From: Candidatus Falkowbacteria bacterium
GTDB lineage: Bacteria; Patescibacteriota; Patescibacteriia; CAIXNZ01
Assembly: GCA_903920975.1 (NCBI GenBank)
Contig: CAIXNZ010000059.1
Coordinates: 1-36,648 of the forward strand
Length of the DNA: 36,648 bases
Direction: 5' to 3'
Shown here: positions 17,739 through 24,010 of the stretch, piece after piece
How positions within the stretch are numbered: position 1 is the stretch's first letter
Layout: every line of letters starts with the position of its first letter
Notes under the pieces: generated by a model
What the model saw: the letters and a program-made list of their open reading frames with translations, nothing else
What the model was told of the DNA's origin: nothing
Databases searched by the model: none
Program-made: the position numbers and the translations under genes

Positions 17739-17758
17739 CAAAATTAAGTATTTATATA

Positions 17759-18688
17759 ATGTCTTTACAACACGAGCCAGTTTTATTAAATGAAGTGATT
17801 GAATATCTTAACCCGCGCTCGGGTGAAAATTTTATAGATTGTACTCTGGGGGGAGGGGGACATGCCAAAGCAATTTTAAAAAAAACCACGCCAGGCGGAA
17901 AATTAATCGCTATTGATCTGGACACCAAGGCCCTGGAAATTGCCAAAGCTAATTTAAAAGAATATAGCAATAGAATAATTTTTGTTAATGATAATTATAA
18001 ACACCTAGAAAATATAGTAGCCAGTTCAAAGATAAATATTTTTGCTGGAATTTTATTAGATCTAGGTTTTTCAAGTATGGAACTGGCAGATGAAAGTCGG
18101 GGATTTTCTTTTCAAAAAGATGCTTTTTTAGACATGCGTTTTGGCACCAGCGGTAAAACTGCGGCTGATATTTTAAATGGTTATAAAGAAGCTGATTTGA
18201 TTAGAATCTTTAAAGACTATGGCGAAGAAAGGCATAGCAGTCTGATTGCCAGAGCCATAGTTAATAACAGGGGGAAGGAGAAAATCACCACTACTAATCA
18301 GTTGGTTGCAATTATTGAAACGGTTTATAAAAATAGGCCCAAACCCAAAATTCATGTGGCCACCAAAGTTTTTCAAGCTCTAAGAATAGAAGTTAATGAA
18401 GAATTAAATAATTTACAACAAGTTTTGCCAGTTGCTTTAAAACTTTTAAACAGAGGGGGAAAAATTGCCGTAATTTCATTTCATTCTCTAGAAGACCGTA
18501 TTGTTAAGAATTTTTTTAAGCAAGAAGCTAGGGATTGCCTTTGCCCGCCAAAAGTTCCGCTGTGTAATTGTGGCCACAAAGCCAGTTTAAAAATTTTAAG
18601 CAAAAAAGTTATTATTGCCAGCGAGCAAGAAATTAAAAATAATCCCAGGAGCCGCAGCGCTAAATTGCGCGTGGCCGTCAAAATATAA
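17759..18688 (+). CDS. rsmH: 16S rRNA (cytosine1402-N4)-methyltransferase
   Basis: DCTLGGGGHA SAM motif, FHSLEDRIVK, and C-terminal NPRSRSAKLRV. Confidence 0.95.
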   Translation: MSLQHEPVLLNEVIEYLNPRSGENFIDCTLGGGGHAKAILKKTTPGGKLIAIDLDTKALEIAKANLKEYSNRIIFVNDNYKHLENIVASSKINIFAGILLDLGFSSMELADESRGFSFQKDAFLDMRFGTSGKTAADILNGYKEADLIRIFKDYGEERHSSLIARAIVNNRGKEKITTTNQLVAIIETVYKNRPKPKIHVATKVFQALRIEVNEELNNLQQVLPVALKLLNRGGKIAVISFHSLEDRIVKNFFKQEARDCLCPPKVPLCNCGHKASLKILSKKVIIASEQEIKNNPRSRSAKLRVAVKI

Positions 18689-18690
18689 AT

Positions 18691-19050
18691 ATGACTAAAT
18701 TCATGATTGGTGCCAAGTTTGAGCACCTCAAAGAAAAATTTTATAGAAAAGGCATATTAAACCAGCAGATTAACAGCAAGGGGATTTTTATATTATTATT
18801 TACTGTTACTGCCTTGTGTGGCTTGATTTACCTTTGGCAAATTAATGGCTTGGCCACCAAGGGTTATAAGATTAAAGATTTAGAAGAAAGAGTCTCTCAA
18901 ATAAAAAATCAGAATAAAAAATTAGAACTGGAAGTTACAGAGTTGCGATCCAGCGCCAGAATTGCAGAGAAATTAAAGGAATTAAATTTAGTAGAAGTAG
19001 CTAAAATAGAATATCTCACTGCCAATGGTTCAGTGGCTGTAAATAGATAA
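18691..19050 (+). CDS. ftsL: cell-division protein FtsL-like (bitopic, coiled coil)
   Basis: It sits directly after rsmH. It has one TM helix (IFILLFTVTALCGLIYLW) followed by a heptad-rich segment. Confidence 0.6.
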   Translation: MTKFMIGAKFEHLKEKFYRKGILNQQINSKGIFILLFTVTALCGLIYLWQINGLATKGYKIKDLEERVSQIKNQNKKLELEVTELRSSARIAEKLKELNLVEVAKIEYLTANGSVAVNR

Positions 19051-19061
19051 GATTTAAATAG

Positions 19062-19094
19062 AAAACCCCGCACCGGTTGATGCGAGGTTTTTTG
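19062..19094. terminator. bidirectional terminator ending the short dcw unit
   Basis: AAAACCCCGCA-loop-TGCGAGGTTTT (1 mismatch) followed by a T-run. The convergent gene's stop codon is at 19096. Confidence 0.7.
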
Positions 19095-19095
19095 T

Positions 19096-19797
19096 TCAAG
19101 GCAAAATTTTTATTGCCTGCAAATGGCCTTTGACGCTGAACAGGCCAAAAATTAAACAAGCGATAAGGAGAGGCAAAGAAAGATCAAGTAAGGTCAGGTG
19201 GCTTGGCAAATGAATGTATTTATCATGCAGATTGATAGAAGTGGCTGGATCAAAAAGCATAAGAAATGAAAGTACAATCACTTGCAAAACCATTTTGATC
19301 TTACCAAACTTATTGGCGCCACTGGTCAGAACTTCAAATTTGTGATGCAAGTATTTTAATTCGCTTGGCCAGCGCACCAGTACATACTTGAAGGTGGCAA
19401 TGAAAAAAAGCAGCAGATCAATACTGATAATAGGAATGACCAAATAAAGATAGTAGTCAGATCTGATGGTGTAAACAAATCCCAGAAAAGCGGCAAAATT
19501 CACTGCTTTATCAGCCGCTGGGTCCAAAAAGGCGCCGAATTTGGTGATCTGGTTACGAATTCTGGCCATAGAACCATCGAGTCCATCCAAGACAGCGGCA
19601 AAAAGAAAAAGACCGCCCGCAGTCTTGTTATAATGCTCCATAATGAGTAGAATAATTGGTATAGCCAGTAAAAAGCGAAAGCCAGATAAATGGTTAGGGG
19701 TTAGATTTTTTGGCAGAATTTTGATTAAATGTGTCCAGAAGTGATCATGACTTTTTATCTGCGCTCCTTTTTTCGCCACTCCGCTTTCTTCACTCAC
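19096..19797 (-). CDS. CDP-alcohol phosphatidyltransferase family protein
   Basis: Complete motif DGLDGSMARIRNQITKFGAFLDPAADK (Dx2DGx2ARx8Gx3Dx3D) and a multi-TM body. The start is set at GTG 19797, which is preceded by AAGGAGGG. The ORF-track TTG at 19815 lies inside that SD. Confidence 0.82.
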   Translation of the reverse strand: MSEESGVAKKGAQIKSHDHFWTHLIKILPKNLTPNHLSGFRFLLAIPIILLIMEHYNKTAGGLFLFAAVLDGLDGSMARIRNQITKFGAFLDPAADKAVNFAAFLGFVYTIRSDYYLYLVIPIISIDLLLFFIATFKYVLVRWPSELKYLHHKFEVLTSGANKFGKIKMVLQVIVLSFLMLFDPATSINLHDKYIHLPSHLTLLDLSLPLLIACLIFGLFSVKGHLQAIKILP

Positions 19798-19880
19798 TTG
19801 ACCCTCCTTATTCAATTTTTTTTATTTATTTAAGAACAGGATGATAATAGGATAGCAATTTTTAATAAAAATGTAAAGAT

Positions 19881-20993
19881 ATGGAAATTATAAAAAAATC
19901 AAAAAAATCTCAGGCCAGAATTGGCAAGTTAATAACTGGCCATGGTTTTATTAATACGCCATTTTTCATGCCGATTGCCACCAAAGCGGCTGTTAAAAAT
20001 ATTTCAGTTTGTGAATTGGATAAATTGGGAGCCGAAATAATACTGGCTAATACTTATCATTTATATTTGCAGCCAGGCGAGAAACTGATAAAAAAAGCTG
20101 GCGGTTTGCATAAGTTTATGAATTGGTCTGGCCCGATTTTGACTGATTCTGGCGGTTATCAGGTTTTTTCTTTGTCCAAAATAAATAAAATTAAAGCCGA
20201 TGGCGTGGAATTTCAATCCCATCTGGACGGATCCAGACATTTTTTAACGCCAGAAAAATCAATTCAGATTCAGCAAGATTTGGGTTCTGACATAATGATG
20301 GCGTTTGATGTGTGTCCAGCTGGTGATGCCAAGCAAAAAATAGTTGCAGAGGCCTGCGCGACAACCTTTGATTGGGCTAAGCGTTGTTATAAAACCTGGA
20401 AAAAGAGCAAAAAGAATCAGCAATTATTCGGAATAATTCAGGGCGGAATTTATAAAAAATTGCGCGATCAAAGTTTAAAGCAAATAACCAGTCTGGATTT
20501 TTCTGGTTTTGCTCTGGGTGGTTTGGCAGTTGGTGAGGATAGAAAAGATATGTATAAAATTTTGCAGTATATTGCGCCAAAACTCCTTGAAAATAAACCG
20601 CGTTATTTAATGGGCCTGGGCAGACCCGAAGAAATAGTTTTTGCCATAAAACAGGGGATTGATATGTTTGATTGCGTCATTCCCACGCGAGAAGCGCGCC
20701 ATGGCCGTTTGTACCAATTTTGTTCAACCAAGCAAAAAGGTGCGATTAAGTTATTTGGTAATTTAGCTTATAGAACTTCAATTATTAAAAATGAAAAAAA
20801 TAAGCTTGATTATTCTTCCATCAATAAAAATTCTGAAATAAAATTATTGCGCCAGTATTCTAAATCATATTTACACCATTTATTTAAAACCCAAGAGGGT
20901 TTGGGTTTAAGATTGGCAACATTAAATAACTTGGAATTTTATTTAACTTTAATGAAACAAATTCAAAAAGCTATTAAGAATGGCAGTCTATAG
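19881..20993 (+). CDS. tgt: queuine/preQ1 tRNA-ribosyltransferase
   Basis: Motifs LTDSGGYQVFSL, MAFDVC, GIIQGG, GFALGGLAVGE, PRYLMGLGRPEE and GIDMFDCVIPTR. The C-terminal zinc motif is absent (see findings). Confidence 0.9.
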   Translation: MEIIKKSKKSQARIGKLITGHGFINTPFFMPIATKAAVKNISVCELDKLGAEIILANTYHLYLQPGEKLIKKAGGLHKFMNWSGPILTDSGGYQVFSLSKINKIKADGVEFQSHLDGSRHFLTPEKSIQIQQDLGSDIMMAFDVCPAGDAKQKIVAEACATTFDWAKRCYKTWKKSKKNQQLFGIIQGGIYKKLRDQSLKQITSLDFSGFALGGLAVGEDRKDMYKILQYIAPKLLENKPRYLMGLGRPEEIVFAIKQGIDMFDCVIPTREARHGRLYQFCSTKQKGAIKLFGNLAYRTSIIKNEKNKLDYSSINKNSEIKLLRQYSKSYLHHLFKTQEGLGLRLATLNNLEFYLTLMKQIQKAIKNGSL

Positions 20994-20994
20994 T

Positions 20995-21023
20995 TTGACA
21001 GATTTTTAGTATAGTGATAACTT
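20995..21023 (+). promoter_or_regulatory. promoter driving the structured RNA at the island's left edge
   Basis: TTGACA (20995-21000), a 17-nt spacer, then an extended -10 TGATAACTT (21015-21023). It starts 2 nt after the tgt stop codon. Confidence 0.55.
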
Positions 21024-21029
21024 AATAAT

Positions 21030-21142
21030 TGCCCTAGATCGCCTAGCGGGTCTAGTAAGCAGAAAACAGCTAGGTCTCCAAGTAGACGATCCTCGGTCGC
21101 ATGGAGGAATAACAGGGGAAAGCCTCCCGGGGTATTTTTTTT
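21030..21142 (+). ncRNA. unclassified structured RNA, ~110 nt: either a riboswitch-like leader or a small RNA, with an intrinsic terminator
   Basis: This G+C-rich segment lies between a consensus promoter and a T8 run. Stems include CCUAGC (21042-47)/GCUAGG (21069-74). There are also mutually exclusive pairings: CCUC (21091-94) with GAGG (21104-07), versus GGAGG (21103-07) with CCUCC (21123-27) followed by U8. Confidence 0.4.
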
Positions 21143-21172
21143 ATCTGACGCAGCTTAAGCGAAAATGGATTA

Positions 21173-21201
21173 TTGACAAAAAATAGTTTTATTGTTAAGT
21201 T
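21173..21201 (+). promoter_or_regulatory. promoter of island ORF A
   Basis: TTGACA, a 17-nt spacer, then an extended -10 TGTTAAGTT. Confidence 0.6.
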
Positions 21202-21244
21202 GATTTAAAGTAAAAAACCCACAAAGTGGGAAAAGGAGGAAGGG

Positions 21245-21778
21245 ATGAATGGTAATGGTATAAACGCACCGCACATTTGGGAGGGTAAGACGCCTCTTGA
21301 TGAAACAGCATTTAAACGCATGAAGGAGGGGTTTGAAGCAACCCTCAAATCAAGCGGTGGTGAAACCATGGTACCGGAATATGCCATTGTTTTTCACCAC
21401 CAGACCGGTTTTTTCACTGTTTCTGAAGCCCATGTTTACCGCGACAAAAATGGCTTTGCCAAGAGTGACGGATTCGTGCAGAGAATGGTTCTTCATCCGA
21501 CCTGGCCCGTACAAATTGATCCGTCCAGACTGGGCGAGGCGCCAATGCCTCTTTGGGAGGGAAAAGATTTTCCTGACGCTCAGGCCTGGGATCTGATTCA
21601 CAAGACAGCGCAAATGCGCATACCCGAACCCAACGGTGGCGTCATTGAGGTGGAGGTCGCTCTAGTCTTTGACTCCAGAGCCAGACTCTATCGCGCTTTT
21701 TCCAAGGCCTATTATCGCAATGCCGACGGCAGGGCCCTGAGTGATGGTTTTGTGGCCACGGCAGGTTTTGACAATTAG
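21245..21778 (+). CDS. island ORF A: hypothetical protein, 177 aa, made of two tandem ~71-aa repeats
   Basis: SD AAAAGGAGGAAGGG-ATG. G+C is about 50 %. The internal duplication is AP..WEGK....D...A...GG..E.A.VF.....YR...G.A.SDGFV, present twice. Confidence 0.8.
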   Translation: MNGNGINAPHIWEGKTPLDETAFKRMKEGFEATLKSSGGETMVPEYAIVFHHQTGFFTVSEAHVYRDKNGFAKSDGFVQRMVLHPTWPVQIDPSRLGEAPMPLWEGKDFPDAQAWDLIHKTAQMRIPEPNGGVIEVEVALVFDSRARLYRAFSKAYYRNADGRALSDGFVATAGFDN

Positions 21779-21786
21779 AATTTATA

Positions 21787-21817
21787 AAGGCGGAGCAGAA
21801 ATGCTTCGCCTTTTTTC
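21787..21817 (+). terminator. terminator of ORF A
   Basis: AAGGCGGAGC-6 nt-GCTTCGCCTT followed by TTTT. Confidence 0.85.
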
Positions 21818-21835
21818 TATTTATGTCAGCGGGTA

Positions 21836-21864
21836 TTGACAAAATTTGACTAAAGCGCGATTAT
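21836..21864 (+). promoter_or_regulatory. promoter of island ORFs B-C
   Basis: TTGACA, a 17-nt spacer, then GATTAT. The -10 box is the weaker element. Confidence 0.5.
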
Positions 21865-21920
21865 TTAAGTAGAAGTACTTTTTATTAATATTGGGCCAAA
21901 AACACATAAGGAGGTGTACC

Positions 21921-22310
21921 ATGCTAGAATTATTAGTATTGCTTCTAGGCGGTGGTGTGCTGGCCGAAGGTTTGAGCCAAAAGAGCGAGCTTAGTACTGC
22001 GAGAAGCATGATAAAGAGAGAACTCGAAGCCGGAGCAGCCGAACACGCATTTGGCCTTTCCTCGGTCAGATGGCGTCTGGGGTCAGAATTTGATGTAAAT
22101 GGACATATTAATTTAGATAATGTTCTGCCCAGGCCAACAATTGCAGATGGAATGAGCCAAGCCAGCAAATATCGTTTTAAGCTGGAATTGGCAGAATCTA
22201 CCCTGGCTGTGATGGATAGATTCAATATTAGTGAGTTGGGAGGAATGACACGGCATGAAATAAGAGTTGAAACAGCCTTATTGGCAAAACGAGTCAAAAA
22301 CAGACAATAA
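21921..22310 (+). CDS. island ORF B: hypothetical protein, 129 aa, hydrophobic N-terminus
   Basis: AAGGAGGTGTACC-ATG. N-terminal MLELLVLLLGGGVLAEG. The ORF-track start at 21891 (TTG) lacks an SD. Confidence 0.7.
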   Translation: MLELLVLLLGGGVLAEGLSQKSELSTARSMIKRELEAGAAEHAFGLSSVRWRLGSEFDVNGHINLDNVLPRPTIADGMSQASKYRFKLELAESTLAVMDRFNISELGGMTRHEIRVETALLAKRVKNRQ

Positions 22311-22329
22311 AACCTGAAGGAGGTGTACC

Positions 22330-22695
22330 TTGAACAGAAGAACGGCCCTTTCGCTCCTGGGGGGATACACTCCACCGTATTATGGAGATGAGTATCCATT
22401 GTTATTTCCACAGTCACAACCCTTGGTACCTAGCGATCCAAGCGAAAATAGCTTGCGAGCGCTACGTATTTTGAAGGGCATCCAGCTCAAGTCCGCAGCT
22501 ATTGAACAGCTCGGCGGCGTAGCGTTTGAACAAGCGCGCGGCATGAGCGCTGCCATAGTTTCTACTGTGCAAGCTGAAGGTTTGCCAGTAGGTCAGGAAG
22601 TCTGCGGCGACTTCAAAGTAAATTATGATTTTGGCGGCTGCGGCTCCAGAATTTCAATCAGTGGCCACATGTCCGTACGAAGGCGCAGATTTTAG
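22330..22695 (+). CDS. island ORF C: hypothetical protein, 121 aa
   Basis: A TTG start is preceded by the same 13-nt AAGGAGGTGTACC seen before ORF B, 19 nt after the ORF B stop. It begins MNRRTALSLLGG and ends RRRRF. Confidence 0.65.
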   Translation: MNRRTALSLLGGYTPPYYGDEYPLLFPQSQPLVPSDPSENSLRALRILKGIQLKSAAIEQLGGVAFEQARGMSAAIVSTVQAEGLPVGQEVCGDFKVNYDFGGCGSRISISGHMSVRRRRF

Positions 22696-22700
22696 ACCCT

Positions 22701-22731
22701 AAGCCTCTTGGTAATACCAGGAGGCTTTTTA
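22701..22731 (+). terminator. terminator of the B-C unit
   Basis: AAGCCTCTTGGT-AAT-ACCAGGAGGCTT (12 bp, one G-U pair) followed by TTT. Confidence 0.85.
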
Positions 22732-22733
22732 TA

Positions 22734-22762
22734 TTGACAAATTCCTAGATTTTTTATATGTT
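22734..22762 (+). promoter_or_regulatory. promoter of island ORF D
   Basis: TTGACA, a 17-nt spacer, then TATGTT. The 5' UTR carries GACCCGC-GAA-GCGGGTC (22794-22810), which abuts the SD. Confidence 0.55.
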
Positions 22763-22827
22763 ATTATATTAGGATAGGACTTTAAAAAAAATAGACCCGC
22801 GAAGCGGGTCAAGGAGGTGAAAATAAA

Positions 22828-23286
22828 TTGGTTGCTACTGACAAGGAAAAATTGAGAACTCAGGCAATGTTTCTGGTAGGCAACACCTATGTGGGTGAAA
22901 TCAAAAGGCATGTATTTAATCACATTAAAACTGCCCTTGATCAAGGTTTGATTCATTTTGAAGAGCTTGGAATTACCAGAGAACAATGGGTGGTGCTGGA
23001 AAAGGAATTCATAGAAGTTGAAGAAGATTTGCCAATAGAAAAAATGACAGCTGCTGAGGCAAAAGATTTGGCCAAGAGTTTTGGTGCTTTATGGCTAAAA
23101 ATTCAAACGGTTACGGATGAAGAACATAAAAAAGAATTAATTGATTTGTTGAAAAATTTATGGCCGCGCATTAATCATGCCATCAGCACCCGTTTAATCA
23201 CCAATTTAGACATGGGATTAACTAGAACGACTGAGTATTTTGAAATCCAGGCTTTAGTTCACGAAGATGATAAGGCAAAAAAATAA
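22828..23286 (+). CDS. island ORF D: hypothetical protein, 152 aa, acidic and helical
   Basis: A TTG start lies 10 nt after AAGGAGG. The first in-frame ATG (codon 14) has no SD. Confidence 0.65.
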   Translation: MVATDKEKLRTQAMFLVGNTYVGEIKRHVFNHIKTALDQGLIHFEELGITREQWVVLEKEFIEVEEDLPIEKMTAAEAKDLAKSFGALWLKIQTVTDEEHKKELIDLLKNLWPRINHAISTRLITNLDMGLTRTTEYFEIQALVHEDDKAKK

Positions 23287-23318
23287 AGTCCATTCAATAT
23301 TTTGAGTGGACTTTTTAT
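23286..23318 (+). terminator. terminator of ORF D
   Basis: AAGTCCATTCAA-TATT-TTGAGTGGACTT followed by TTTAT. Confidence 0.85.
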
Positions 23319-23320
23319 TA

Positions 23321-23349
23321 TTGACATTTTTTTACATTTTTGCTATATT
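23321..23349 (+). promoter_or_regulatory. promoter of island ORF E
   Basis: TTGACA, a 17-nt spacer, then an extended -10 TGCTATATT. Confidence 0.65.
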
Positions 23350-23379
23350 ATAATATCAGGTTTAAAAAGGAGGCAAAAA

Positions 23380-23595
23380 ATGACTCAAATGACGCAAATT
23401 TCTGCCAAACAGGTCTATGATTTTCTCCGGGATTCTGATGAAGATCCTAAAAAGCTCAAAGTATTAATGACTCGCTTGGCCGGCATAACCAGTTCCGAAA
23501 AAGAGCTTTTAACAGCTCAGCAAGTAAGCCATATCTTTGAAGGATCGCCAAGCCTGAGATCTGCCTTTGAAGCGCGACAAAAGACTAACTCCTAA
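23380..23595 (+). CDS. island ORF E: hypothetical protein, 71 aa
   Basis: AAGGAGG, 6 nt, then ATG. The ORF-track start at 23302 would lie upstream of this unit's own promoter. Confidence 0.65.
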   Translation: MTQMTQISAKQVYDFLRDSDEDPKKLKVLMTRLAGITSSEKELLTAQQVSHIFEGSPSLRSAFEARQKTNS

Positions 23596-23618
23596 TCACT
23601 TTGGTTAGGAGTTTTTTT
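23587..23618 (+). terminator. terminator of ORF E (the stem includes the stop codon)
   Basis: AACTCCTAA-9 nt-TTAGGAGTT followed by T-rich sequence. Confidence 0.85.
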
Positions 23619-23646
23619 ATTGATAAAAATATGGTAAAATTATCAT

Positions 23647-24009
23647 ATGAAAAGGGACTCAACATTACGCCTGATAATTTTGCTTTTAATCGATGAATTA
23701 AAGGCAATTTTGTATTTTCCGCTCTGGTGGTACTCGGCGGGTTTAATTAATGTAGTTAAGGGCTGCGGAAAATTCATTAATGATTTTCAGCAAACCTTGG
23801 GTTTTATGATCTGGGTGAAAAATCTTTTTGTGCCCATGTTTGGCCAGCGCGATATTGCCGGCAGAATTATCAGCTTTTTCTTGCGCTTAGTGCAAATAAT
23901 TTTTAGAGGGATTATTGTTTTAATCTTTTGCGTTTTGAATTTAATTTTTATAATCATTTGGATTTTATTGCCGATTTTTGTGCTTTATCAAATTCTTATC
24001 CAGCTTTAA
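23647..24009 (+). CDS. small polytopic membrane protein, 120 aa
   Basis: Low G+C, with several hydrophobic helices (..LWWYSAGL.., ..IIVLIFCVLNLIFIIIWILLPIFVLY..). The stop lies 1 nt before the Clp-like gene. An extended -10 TGGTAAAAT ends 6 nt before the ATG, and there is no SD. Confidence 0.72.
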   Translation: MKRDSTLRLIILLLIDELKAILYFPLWWYSAGLINVVKGCGKFINDFQQTLGFMIWVKNLFVPMFGQRDIAGRIISFFLRLVQIIFRGIIVLIFCVLNLIFIIIWILLPIFVLYQILIQL

Positions 24010-24010
24010 T

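Noticed and set aside
20994-21244. preQ1 riboswitch, considered because of the adjacent tgt. A ZTP (pfl) riboswitch upstream of purH (34517-34600) or purB was also considered.
   Set aside because: From memory, the preQ1-I hairpin plus A-rich tail and the ZTP CCGCCUGGGC-type 3' motif are not present. The purH and purB UTRs are short and A/T-rich. A covariance-model scan is still needed.
21821-22417. 198-aa minus-strand ORF antisense to island ORFs B and C.
   Set aside because: It has no SD or promoter. It runs across the sense-strand promoter and the B-C junction, and its product is Ser/Leu/Pro-rich and low in complexity. The sense ORFs have textbook RBS cassettes.
23302-23379. Upstream extension of island ORF E (ORF-track start 23302).
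   Set aside because: It would begin inside the ORF D terminator and include ORF E's own -35/-10 boxes. The ATG at 23380 has a perfectly spaced AAGGAGG.
20995-23618. I considered whether the island is an integron cassette array, a diversity-generating retroelement, a retron, or a prophage fragment.
   Set aside because: No integrase, reverse transcriptase or phage-like gene is present in the window. The inter-ORF inverted repeats all end in T-runs and sit right after stop codons, so they are terminators, not attC sites. I saw no template/variable repeat pair.
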